Assembly: GCA_021845865.1 (NCBI GenBank)
Contig: JAJZVC010000008.1
Location: forward strand, 1,137 to 65,136
Origin: Pseudomonadota bacterium
Lineage (GTDB): Bacteria > Pseudomonadota > Gammaproteobacteria > Burkholderiales > UBA9220
DNA: 64,000 bases
Direction of reading: 5' to 3'
The notes beneath the pieces were generated by a model. It saw only the letters and a program-made list of their open reading frames with translations, ran no database searches and had not been told where the DNA came from. Each line of letters starts with the position of its first letter. Position 1 is the first letter of the stretch. The position numbers were made by a program, and so were the translations under genes. Shown here in pieces: positions 56,467 through 64,000 of this stretch.

Positions 56467-58278
56467 ATGGCAGATATTCACTCAGCGGCTCGCCAATCTC
56501 CAGCAGCGCCTCATGGCAGAGGCTGGACGTTCTTTTCCCGCCGGTGGCTCGCCGCCGCGCTGGGGCTCGCCGCCTGCCTGCTGCTCCCGCCGCCGCCCGC
56601 ATTCGCCGCGCCGCTCCCGTTGACGGACATTCCGGCCGATTATCTCGGCACCCGGACGCAATACCTGATCGAGCAGGACCAGCCCTTGAGCCTGGCCCAG
56701 GCCATGGCCCTGCACCGCGACGGAAAATTCCGCGCCGGGCAGCAACCCATTCTGAATTTCGGCATCGGCTCCCGCCCGGTCTGGCTCCATCTCGAGGTCA
56801 GCAACCCGACGCCGACCCCCCTGTCCTTTTACCTGGTCGCCGGCGTCACCTGGCTCGACCGGCTGGATGTCTACGTGGCGCAGAACGGACAGACGCAAGC
56901 AGAGATTCACACCGGCGACGAAACCCCCGGCGCCCAGGGCGCCACCCCGGCCCTGGGCTACGCCCTGCCGCTCCAATTCCAGCCAGGCCGCAGCGACATC
57001 TACCTGCGCGTCGACTCGGTGGACCCGATGCCCCTGCCCATCCAGTTGATGACCGACTGGCAGCTGTCCGCGAGCAAGCTCTTTTTCGCCCACGTCTACG
57101 GCTTCCTCTACGGCTTCCTCGCCGCCCTGTGCGCCTACAACCTGCTGCTTTTCGCCGGCATCGGCGAGCGCAGCTATCTCTACTACTCCCTGGCCCTCAT
57201 CACCATCATCCTCGGCAACGTCGCCTATACCGGCCACGGGCTGGCCGGCATCTGGCCCAATCACCTGCTCTTCCAGCGCTACGTGATCCTGACCGTGATG
57301 GTGGCGTACAGCGCCTTCGGACTGCTGTTCGCCAGCCGTTTTCTCGCCCTCGAGGAACACGCCCCCAAGGCCCTGAAAGCCGTGCGGTGGTTTTCCGGCC
57401 TCGGGCTGGGCGCGATGGCCCTCGCCCTGCTGACGAACAGCCACCTGGCCGCCACCCTGGTGGCTTTCGTCTTCATGAGCCTGTTCACCGCCGGCATGCT
57501 GCTGCTGGGCATCCTGGCCGTGCGCCAGGGCCGCACCTCCGGCCGCTATTTCCTGGCCGCCACGGTTTTCGGCCTGATCGGGGCCGCCAGCACCGTGCTG
57601 GCGGTGTGGGGAAAAATCCCTTTCACGCCCGAAACCTTCCACGCCCTGGAAGTGGGCCTCTTGATCGAAACCACCCTGCTGGCCCTGGCCCTGGCCTATA
57701 AAATCCGCCAATACCAGCAGGCGAACCTGGACGCGAAACGGCAAGCCCGCCAGGACCCGCTCACCGGCCTCTACAACCGGCGCGGCTTCTTGGAACTGGC
57801 GGAGCCCCTCTGGAACGCGGCCGAGGGCGGTGGGCGCCCCTTGAGCATCGTCGTGATGGATATCGACCATTTCAAGCAGATCAACGACCAGCATGGGCAT
57901 GCGACGGGCGACGAGGCCCTGCGCCAAGTCGCCAACGTGCTGAAACGCCGCGGCCGCAAGAGCGATGTCGTGGCCCGCTGGGGCGGCGAGGAGTTCATCC
58001 TGCTGCTGATGGAAACCACGCTTCAACAAGCCCACCGCCGCGCCGAAGAACTGCGGCAGGCCGTCGCGGAAATCAAGTTTCCCGCGGGACACGGGGTCTT
58101 TTCCATCACCGCCAGTTTCGGCGTGGCGGAAAGGGGGCCGGGAACGAGCTTCGACGCCGTCGTCCGCAACGCGGACAGCCGTCTTTACGAGGCGAAGCGG
58201 GCCGGGCGCGACCGCGTCTGCTCCGCCCCCACGGCCAACGGCGCCCCGGCGGCCGAATCCCTCGCCGCCGATTCTTGA
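56467..58278 (+). CDS. 7TMR-DISM-type diguanylate cyclase
   Basis: A periplasmic 7TMR-DISMED2-like N-terminus (ILNFGIGSRPVWLHLEVSN) is followed by seven TM helices. The GGDEF domain has an RKSD I-site and GGEEF. The track ORF begins spuriously at 56083. Confidence 0.88.
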   Translation: MADIHSAARQSPAAPHGRGWTFFSRRWLAAALGLAACLLLPPPPAFAAPLPLTDIPADYLGTRTQYLIEQDQPLSLAQAMALHRDGKFRAGQQPILNFGIGSRPVWLHLEVSNPTPTPLSFYLVAGVTWLDRLDVYVAQNGQTQAEIHTGDETPGAQGATPALGYALPLQFQPGRSDIYLRVDSVDPMPLPIQLMTDWQLSASKLFFAHVYGFLYGFLAALCAYNLLLFAGIGERSYLYYSLALITIILGNVAYTGHGLAGIWPNHLLFQRYVILTVMVAYSAFGLLFASRFLALEEHAPKALKAVRWFSGLGLGAMALALLTNSHLAATLVAFVFMSLFTAGMLLLGILAVRQGRTSGRYFLAATVFGLIGAASTVLAVWGKIPFTPETFHALEVGLLIETTLLALALAYKIRQYQQANLDAKRQARQDPLTGLYNRRGFLELAEPLWNAAEGGGRPLSIVVMDIDHFKQINDQHGHATGDEALRQVANVLKRRGRKSDVVARWGGEEFILLLMETTLQQAHRRAEELRQAVAEIKFPAGHGVFSITASFGVAERGPGTSFDAVVRNADSRLYEAKRAGRDRVCSAPTANGAPAAESLAADS

Positions 58279-58322
58279 CAATCGAACGTCCATCCAATAT
58301 AAAACCACAAGTCGAATATTCG
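58275..58322 (+). promoter_or_regulatory. sigma70 promoter TTGACA-17-TATAAA plus the palindrome CGAATATTCG
   Basis: TTGACA is at 58275-58280, TATAAA at 58298-58303, and a perfect 10-bp palindrome at 58313-58322 just downstream of the predicted start site. Confidence 0.6.
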
Positions 58323-58342
58323 CTCGATTGAAGGAAAGCCCG

Positions 58343-58924
58343 GTGTCACCAGATCAGCAATACCTGAACAAGCTGCGGGACTATTTCGCCCAGCATCGCT
58401 CCCTGCCCAGCTTCTCGGCCATCGCCGGCCTGCTGGGGCTCAAGTCCACCTCCTCGGTTTCGGCCCTCGCCAAGCGCCTCAAGCTTCAGGGTTTCCTGGA
58501 TTCGGGGCCGGACAGGCGCCTCACCCCCGGCAAGCGCTTCTTCGAGCGAGAAATCCTCGATTCCGTCCGCGCCGGCCTGCCCGCCGCCGCCAACGAGAGC
58601 GGCGCGGAAGTCCTGACCATCGACGACTACCTCATCGCCAGCCCCTCCCGCACCGTGCTGCTGCGGGTGAAGGGCGATTCCATGATCGACGCCGGCCTGG
58701 TGGAGGGCGACATTCTCATCGTGGAAAAAGGCGCTCCCGCCCGGGCGGGGGAAATCGTCGTCGCCATCGTGGACAACGAATTCACGGTGAAATACCTGGA
58801 GGTGGACAAGAAAACCCGCGAGTTCTACCTCCGCCCCGGCAACAAGGCCTACCCCAACATCCGCCCGCAAACCAGCCTGGAACTCTTCGGCAAGGTGGTG
58901 GGGCAATTCAGGAAGTACGACTAA
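58343..58924 (+). CDS. lexA: LexA-like S24 peptidase family repressor
   Basis: A winged-HTH N-terminus (SFSAIAGLLGLKSTSSVSALAKRLKLQGFL) and a C-terminal S24 domain with GDSM and a downstream Lys (FTVKYL). GTG 58343 has AAGGA upstream; the alternative TTG 58328 is the track start. Confidence 0.8.
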   Translation: MSPDQQYLNKLRDYFAQHRSLPSFSAIAGLLGLKSTSSVSALAKRLKLQGFLDSGPDRRLTPGKRFFEREILDSVRAGLPAAANESGAEVLTIDDYLIASPSRTVLLRVKGDSMIDAGLVEGDILIVEKGAPARAGEIVVAIVDNEFTVKYLEVDKKTREFYLRPGNKAYPNIRPQTSLELFGKVVGQFRKYD

Positions 58925-59128
58925 GTGCCGCCACGCAAATCCGTCAGCAGCGACAACCCCAGCAATCCCTGCATCGGCTTCTGCTCCACCAGCCTGGGGG
59001 ACGAGGTGTGCAAGGGCTGCGGCCGCACCGCCGAGGAGGTGGACCAGTGGCTGTCCCTGTCCCACGAGCAGCAGCAGCGGATATGGCAGCGGGTGAACGG
59101 CATGGACACCATCCGCAACCGGCGCTGA
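58925..59128 (+). CDS. DUF1289-family small Cys-rich protein
   Basis: Contains NPCIGFCSTSLGDEVCKGCGRTAEEVDQW, the DUF1289 pattern. The GTG start directly follows the lexA-like stop. Confidence 0.7.
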   Translation: MPPRKSVSSDNPSNPCIGFCSTSLGDEVCKGCGRTAEEVDQWLSLSHEQQQRIWQRVNGMDTIRNRR

Positions 59129-59235
59129 ACCAAGCCGCCGCCCAACCGCGCAAAAAGTGCCTCGCCCCCCTTGGCGGCGGAAATTTATCCCCCTACAATG
59201 GATTCACCCTTAATCCCTTCTCAGGAGTCAAAAAT

Positions 59236-59535
59236 ATGAACAAAGGTGAACTGATCGATGCCGTTGCCAAGATGACCCAGCACTCCAAGGCCCAGACCGA
59301 ACAGATGTTCGACGCCTTCATGGCTGTGGTGCAAAACGCCCTCACCAGCGGCAACAACGTTCAGATGATCGGCTTCGGCACCTTTGCGGTTGAAGAACGC
59401 GCCGCCCGCACCGGTCGCAACCCGGCCACCGGCAAGGAAATGAAGATTCCGGCCAAGAAAGTGGTCAAGTTCCGCGTCGGCAGCAAGCTGAAAGACGCCG
59501 TCGCCGGCGCGAAGAGCAAGCCGAAGAAGAAGTAA
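59236..59535 (+). CDS. hup: HU-family DNA-binding protein with Lys-rich tail
   Basis: The product is MNKGELIDAVA...GFGTFAVEERAARTGRNPATGKEMKIPAKKVVKFRVGSKLKDAV, with AGGAG upstream. Confidence 0.93.
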   Translation: MNKGELIDAVAKMTQHSKAQTEQMFDAFMAVVQNALTSGNNVQMIGFGTFAVEERAARTGRNPATGKEMKIPAKKVVKFRVGSKLKDAVAGAKSKPKKK

Positions 59536-59543
59536 TTCCCCAG

Positions 59544-59573
59544 GGGCGGACCGGCAGCGGTCCGCCCTCTTTG
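59544..59573 (+). terminator. intrinsic terminator after the HU gene
   Basis: GGGCGGACCG-GCAG-CGGTCCGCCC is a perfect 10-bp stem, followed by TCTTTG (a weak T-run). Confidence 0.55.
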
Positions 59574-59724
59574 CCCCTCCCGCCCTCCCTCGGCTGCCTG
59601 CCGGGCCCCGTTCCATCCCTTCCGCAACAATCCGGCGCAACGCCCGCCGCCGCGCCGAGGCTTTCTCCCGAGCCGCCGCCGGGGCTAGAATGCAACTTCG
59701 ATCGTTTTCCCTGGAAGACCGGCC

Positions 59725-60831
59725 ATGATCCTCATCCTCGCCCCCAACACCCAGCCCGACAGCCCCGAATTCCGCCAGCTCGCCGCCCAGCTCGACGGGT
59801 TGCAGGGCATCACCTACCGCATCCACACCGAGCGCGGCGAGGAGCAGACCCTGACCGAAATCTACCTCATCGGCCACACCGCCGCCCTGTCCATGGAAGA
59901 AATGGAAAGCCTGCCCGGCGTCGAACGGGTGGTCAGGGTGTCGGAGGAATACCGCATCCTGGGCCGCCACAAGGACGACAACCGCCCCAGCCATTTCGAG
60001 TACAACGGCGTGCGTTTCGGCCAGGACAGCCTCAACGTCTTCGCCGGCCTGTGCGCCGTGGACGTTCCCGAGCACGTGGAGGCGATGATGAAGGCCCTGC
60101 GGGACAACGGCCAGGTCTGCACCCGCATGGGCGCCTACAAACCCCGCACCAGCCCCTACGCCTTCCAGGGCCACGGCAAGGCCTGCCTGCCCTGGGTCTT
60201 CGAGCTGGCGGGCAAATACGGCATCAAGGTCATCGCCATGGAAGTGACCCACGAGTCCCACGTCGACGAAATCCGCGAGGCCCTGCGCCAAACCGGCAAC
60301 CCCACCGGCGTCATGCTGCAGATCGGCACCCGCAACACCCAGAACTTCGAGCTGCTGAAAATCGTCGGCCGGCAGCAGGAATTCCCGGTACTACTGAAGC
60401 GGGGCTTCGGCATCACCCTCAACGAATCCCTCAACGCCGCCGAGTACCTGGCCTCGGAGGGCAACCGCAAGGTGGTCTTCGGCCTGCGGGGGATGAAAAC
60501 CAACATGGGGGACCCCCACCGCAACCTGGTGGATTTCGCCCACGTGCCCACCGTCAAGCGCCTCACCCGCATGCCGGTGTGCATCGACCCCTCCCACTCG
60601 GTGGGGGGCCGCTTCCGCGCCCCCGACGGGCTGCTGGAGGTGCAGCACGTCACCGCCCAGGGGGTCATCGCCGGCGCCAACATGATCCTGGTGGACTTCC
60701 ATCCCCACCCGTCCAAGGCCCTGGTGGACGGCCCCCAGGCCCTGCTGCTGGAAGAGCTGCCGGGCTTCCTGGAAGACGTGCGCATCGCCCGGGAGGCCTA
60801 CGAGAAGCGCGTCAAGCTGGCCCGACCCTAG
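59725..60831 (+). CDS. aroF: 3-deoxy-7-phosphoheptulonate (DAHP) synthase, class I-beta with N-terminal extension
   Basis: The core FAGLCAV...GAYKPRTSPYAFQGHG...LQIGTRNTQNFELLK...LLKRGFG...IDPSH closely parallels Thermotoga-type DAHPS. About 95 extra N-terminal residues are present. Confidence 0.88.
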   Translation: MILILAPNTQPDSPEFRQLAAQLDGLQGITYRIHTERGEEQTLTEIYLIGHTAALSMEEMESLPGVERVVRVSEEYRILGRHKDDNRPSHFEYNGVRFGQDSLNVFAGLCAVDVPEHVEAMMKALRDNGQVCTRMGAYKPRTSPYAFQGHGKACLPWVFELAGKYGIKVIAMEVTHESHVDEIREALRQTGNPTGVMLQIGTRNTQNFELLKIVGRQQEFPVLLKRGFGITLNESLNAAEYLASEGNRKVVFGLRGMKTNMGDPHRNLVDFAHVPTVKRLTRMPVCIDPSHSVGGRFRAPDGLLEVQHVTAQGVIAGANMILVDFHPHPSKALVDGPQALLLEELPGFLEDVRIAREAYEKRVKLARP

Positions 60832-60845
60832 GCCGTCGGCACGCC

Positions 60846-61082
60846 ATGCCTGGCAGTATCTTTCGCCGCGGGGCCATCCTCCTGCTCGGGCTTTTCCTCG
60901 CGGGCTGCTCCAATGAATTCGCCTGGTCGGTCTCCAACGGCTTCAAGGCCATCCAGCTGTGCCTGGACGATGGCGGGCTGAAGCGCATGATCGACAACCG
61001 GGAATCGGGCTTCGTCGCCGAGTGCAAGGATGGCCGCATCGTGGAGGGGAGGACGGAATCCTCCCCACGGAACGCCCCCTAA
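60846..61082 (+). CDS. small hypothetical lipoprotein
   Basis: MPGSIFRRGAILLLGLFLAGC contains a lipobox. It is hidden in the tail of the off-frame track ORF 59571..61082. Confidence 0.5.
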   Translation: MPGSIFRRGAILLLGLFLAGCSNEFAWSVSNGFKAIQLCLDDGGLKRMIDNRESGFVAECKDGRIVEGRTESSPRNAP

Positions 61083-61118
61083 TCTTTTCCGCAAAGCGCC
61101 TGGGTAGCCTAGACTTAG

Positions 61119-61895
61119 GTGACAAAATTATTACAGAGCTTCCCGATGCACGCCCTATCCCCGGACTCCCTTGCCGCGTATTGGTCCCTCGACGAGGTTT
61201 CGACCAACATCATTGTGTTCTTCAACCTCCTGGGCGCCCTGCTATTGGGCCTGCTGGTCGGCTACGAACGGACCTTCCACGGCCGCGCCGCCGGCATGCG
61301 GACCTACGGCCTGGTCTGCATGGCCTCCGCCGCCCTGACGGTCATCGCCGGCTATCCCGGCTACTGGTTCGGCGGCCACGCCGGCATTCCTCCCAGCGCC
61401 GACGCCACCCGCGTCATCCAGGGCATCGTGACCGGCGTCGGCTTCCTCGGCGCCGGCGTCATCATGAAGGAGGGATTCACCATCAGCGGCTTGACCACCG
61501 CCGCTTCCATCTGGGCGTCGTCGGCCATCGGCGTGCTGGTCGGGGTCGGCTTCTACGCCGCCTCCATGCTCCTGACCCTGCTGTCGGTCCTGTGCATGAT
61601 GTGGGTCTCCAAGCTGGAGGGGTGGCTGCCCTCCCACCAGGCGATCGCGGTCATGCTGCGCTTCCAGCCTGACTTCATGCCGCAGCGGGACACGCTAGTC
61701 TCGGTCATGGGCGAACTGGGCTACGACATGGCATGGGGATCCATTTCCATCCTCTATCAAAACGAGAAGCCCGAGTGGCACTTCGTGGCGGTCGCCCAAG
61801 GCAAGGACAAGGGCGCCCACCTGACGGACATCTCGCAGGTGCTTGCCAGCTACGAAGGCCTGGACAGCTACACCTTGTCCTACGCCCGCAACTGA
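61119..61895 (+). CDS. mgtC: MgtC/SapB-family membrane protein
   Basis: Contains LLLGLLVGYERTFHGRAAGMRTYGLVCMASAA and GIVTGVGFLGAG.. motifs, plus a soluble C-terminal domain. The start is GTG 61119 or ATG 61146. Confidence 0.85.
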   Translation: MTKLLQSFPMHALSPDSLAAYWSLDEVSTNIIVFFNLLGALLLGLLVGYERTFHGRAAGMRTYGLVCMASAALTVIAGYPGYWFGGHAGIPPSADATRVIQGIVTGVGFLGAGVIMKEGFTISGLTTAASIWASSAIGVLVGVGFYAASMLLTLLSVLCMMWVSKLEGWLPSHQAIAVMLRFQPDFMPQRDTLVSVMGELGYDMAWGSISILYQNEKPEWHFVAVAQGKDKGAHLTDISQVLASYEGLDSYTLSYARN

Positions 61896-61993
61896 CCCCC
61901 CTCGCCGTTCCGGCGAGCCCGATTATCTCCGATTGAAATAGTCGGATATTGTGCTACAAAGCGGATATATCCCCTGATCCCAAGGAGGCCATC

Positions 61994-62353
61994 ATGTCCG
62001 CCCACAACTCCCTTGTCGCCACCTATGCCACGCCGCGCCTGGCCGACGCCGACATCCACAAACTGCAACGGGCCGGCTTCGATCTCAACCATCTTTCGGC
62101 CATTGGCCGCCAGCACCTTGAAAGCCTCCCGGTGGCCGCCGGTTTCGATGCTCTCGACAGCGCCCTGTGCGAGTGCATCCCCGCCGATGTCCTAAGAGAC
62201 TACGCCGCCGAAACAGACGCCGGGCGCACCATCCTGATCGCCCATGGCGACGCCGACGAAATCGACCGGCTCAGGCACATCGTCGCCGGCGGACAGCCGG
62301 AAAACTGGGACCGCAGCGCCGATTACGCCGTCTTTTACGGCTGCGGCGATTAG
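61994..62353 (+). CDS. hypothetical soluble protein
   Basis: AAGGAGG lies 6 nt before ATG 61994. The product is 119 aa, and I do not recognise the family. Confidence 0.55.
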   Translation: MSAHNSLVATYATPRLADADIHKLQRAGFDLNHLSAIGRQHLESLPVAAGFDALDSALCECIPADVLRDYAAETDAGRTILIAHGDADEIDRLRHIVAGGQPENWDRSADYAVFYGCGD

Positions 62354-62358
62354 CCCAA

Positions 62359-62383
62359 CAAAAAACCCGGCCGAGGCCGGGCT
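62359..62383 (-). terminator. intrinsic terminator after the yeeE-like gene (may act in both directions)
   Basis: The minus strand reads AGCCCGGCC-TCG-GCCGGGT followed by TTTTTTG. Confidence 0.7.
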
Positions 62384-62407
62384 TTACGCTGCTGCGGAAC
62401 GCGCTTG

Positions 62408-63526
62408 TCAGGCGTCGCGCATCATCATGTAGTACTGGATTTTCATGGTCGCCGCCGCGCCGGCCACGATGGACAGGAAAGCGATGAAGGACCCCAGGGA
62501 CAGGGTGGAGACGCCGGTGATGCCCTGGCCGATGGTACAGCCCATGGCGGTGACGCCGCCGAAGCCCATCAGGGTCGCGCCGATGATATGGCGGAACATG
62601 TCCTGGGGGGAGGTGAAGCCTTCCCAGCGGAAGGACTTGGTGATCAGGGCGTAGACGAAGGAACCGATGCCGGTGCCGAAGACGGTGGCGATGCCGAAGG
62701 TGACCACGGTGTTGACGTCGGTCCAGTAGGCCCACAGGTCCATGGTGTAGGAGATGGGGGCGACGAAGGACATGGACTCGGCCAGATGGGAGTTGGTGCC
62801 GAAGAAGGTCATTTCCAGGGTATCCGGGTCCTCGCCGAAGCCGAGCTTGCCGGTGACGTACCAGCCGGCGGTGACGATGGCGCCGATCACCAGGCCCGCC
62901 AGGACGTTATCCCAGTGGCCACGGAATTCCTTGTCCTTGAAGCAGAAGATCAGGATGCCGCCGGCGATCACCGCGGTGATGGCCAGGTGCAGGGTCTTGT
63001 GGTCGAAACCGAAGAGGCCCTCGGCCAGATAGGGGATGGTCTGGCTGCCGCCGAAGTTGTGGGTCACGGCTTCGGCCTGCAGGTAGCCGACGCGGAAGGC
63101 GCCGAAAATGCCCTTCAGGGTCACCAGGGCGGAGTAGCCGAGGAACAGGAACACCACCACGGATTTCAGGTTGCCGCCGCCCACCCGCACCAGGGTCTTG
63201 TTGGCGCAGCCGGAGGCCAGGGTCATGCCGACGCCGAAGCACAGGCCGCCGACGATGTAGGCCAGCCAGGTGAAGTTGGGGGTGGTGTAGATGGTCTTGG
63301 TCAGGTCCAGGTAGCCCATCGCCACCATGGCGTTGGTGCCGATCATGGCCACGGCGATGGCCAGCAGCCAGGCCCGCATGCGGCCCCAGTCGCCCATGTT
63401 CACCACGTCGGACACCGCGCCCATGGTGCAGAAATTGGTCTTGTTGGCCACGAAACCCAGCACGAAGGCCAGGGCGAAGCCCAGCCAGACGACCAGGCTG
63501 GCGGGATTGCTCGCTGCTGCTTCCAT
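62408..63526 (-). CDS. yeeE: YeeE/YedE-family sulfur-compound (thiosulfate) transporter
   Basis: A 372-aa polytopic protein with two repeated halves, each carrying a conserved Cys loop (NKTNFCTMGAV, ASGCANK, GMGCTIGQG). Confidence 0.85.
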   Translation of the reverse strand: MEAAASNPASLVVWLGFALAFVLGFVANKTNFCTMGAVSDVVNMGDWGRMRAWLLAIAVAMIGTNAMVAMGYLDLTKTIYTTPNFTWLAYIVGGLCFGVGMTLASGCANKTLVRVGGGNLKSVVVFLFLGYSALVTLKGIFGAFRVGYLQAEAVTHNFGGSQTIPYLAEGLFGFDHKTLHLAITAVIAGGILIFCFKDKEFRGHWDNVLAGLVIGAIVTAGWYVTGKLGFGEDPDTLEMTFFGTNSHLAESMSFVAPISYTMDLWAYWTDVNTVVTFGIATVFGTGIGSFVYALITKSFRWEGFTSPQDMFRHIIGATLMGFGGVTAMGCTIGQGITGVSTLSLGSFIAFLSIVAGAAATMKIQYYMMMRDA

Positions 63527-63753
63527 TACTCTCCTCCTTTATATCCTCGTGATTTTTGAAACCGAGATGGGACCCATTCTACTGGACAACCCTTCTTCGC
63601 CTCAACCGAATTTATGCAAATAATCCAATAAAATTAGTGCGTTAGTACATAAGTACCAGTACCTACCCCCCATCCAGACCAGCCGGCGAAAAAGAACCGG
63701 TCCAAAACCTGTTATCCTAACGGCGGTCAACCACCCTGCGTCCAGCACCGGCT

Positions 63754-64000
63754 ATGTATTGCGATTTTTTCGGCCTCAGCGCGCCGCCCTTCAAGATCAC
63801 CCCCAACCTGGACCTTTTCTACGCCGGCGGCAAACGGGGCGCCATCCTCGACGCCCTGCTCTATGCCGTCACCAGCAACGAGGGCATCGTCAAGGTGGTG
63901 GGCGAGGTCGGCAGCGGCAAGACCATGCTGTGCCGGATGCTGGAAAGCAGGCTGCCGGAAACGGTGGAAACCATCTACATCGCCACCCCCAGCCTGTCCC
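63754..64000 (+). CDS. ExeA/MshM-like AAA ATPase, 3' end outside the window
   Basis: Starts MYCDFFGLSAPPFKITPNLDLFYAGGKRGAILDALLYAV and carries the Walker A motif GEVGSGKT. Confidence 0.8.
   Translation, partial: MYCDFFGLSAPPFKITPNLDLFYAGGKRGAILDALLYAVTSNEGIVKVVGEVGSGKTMLCRMLESRLPETVETIYIATPSLS

Noticed and set aside
63644-63663. A triple AGTAC direct repeat (AGTACATAAGTACCAGTACC) between yeeE and the exeA-like gene
   Set aside because: It is short, irregularly spaced (8 and 6 nt), and has no second occurrence. This is too weak to call a regulatory site.

Overview
High-GC (about 65%) chromosomal segment, probably from a denitrifying betaproteobacterium of Rhodocyclales type; the taxon is inferred from gene content only. 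Coding is dense, and most long ORFs in the track are antisense or off-frame shadows typical of high-GC DNA. From left to right the window contains the following. (1) The edge of an integrative element: a truncated XRE-HTH gene and a tyrosine integrase abutting tRNA-Thr. (2) tRNA-fMet and tRNA-Arg(CCU), plus a sensor-GGDEF gene split at a C7 tract. (3) Housekeeping genes: dksA-like, polX, uup, a Ser/Thr kinase with HDOD and GAF domains, an Slt-type transglycosylase, proS, rppH, a rubrerythrin-like gene, cfa and rfbD. (4) A large denitrification supercluster. It holds an FNR/DNR-box-driven hemerythrin-DUF2249-membrane protein-dnr unit, nirS-C-F-DL-G-H-J-N, the divergent norC-B-E-F, and norQ-orf131-polyferredoxin-norD. 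I found four palindromic FNR/DNR boxes, each with a TAnnnT hexamer at class-II spacing. (5) A roughly 1.1 kb low-GC islet (38.2-39.3 kb) with four copies of a 21-bp repeat in alternating orientation, bracketing two small membrane-protein ORFs. This is the least explainable structure in the window. (6) A complete pelX-pelABCDEFG exopolysaccharide locus with a nearby 7TMR-DISM diguanylate cyclase. (7) A LexA-like repressor without a canonical SOS box, then DUF1289, HU, a class I-beta DAHP synthase, mgtC, yeeE and a truncated exeA-like ATPase. The two most interesting items are the repeat-bracketed islet and the two membrane/Fe-S genes translationally coupled between norQ and norD. No rRNA, CRISPR array or transposase was seen.
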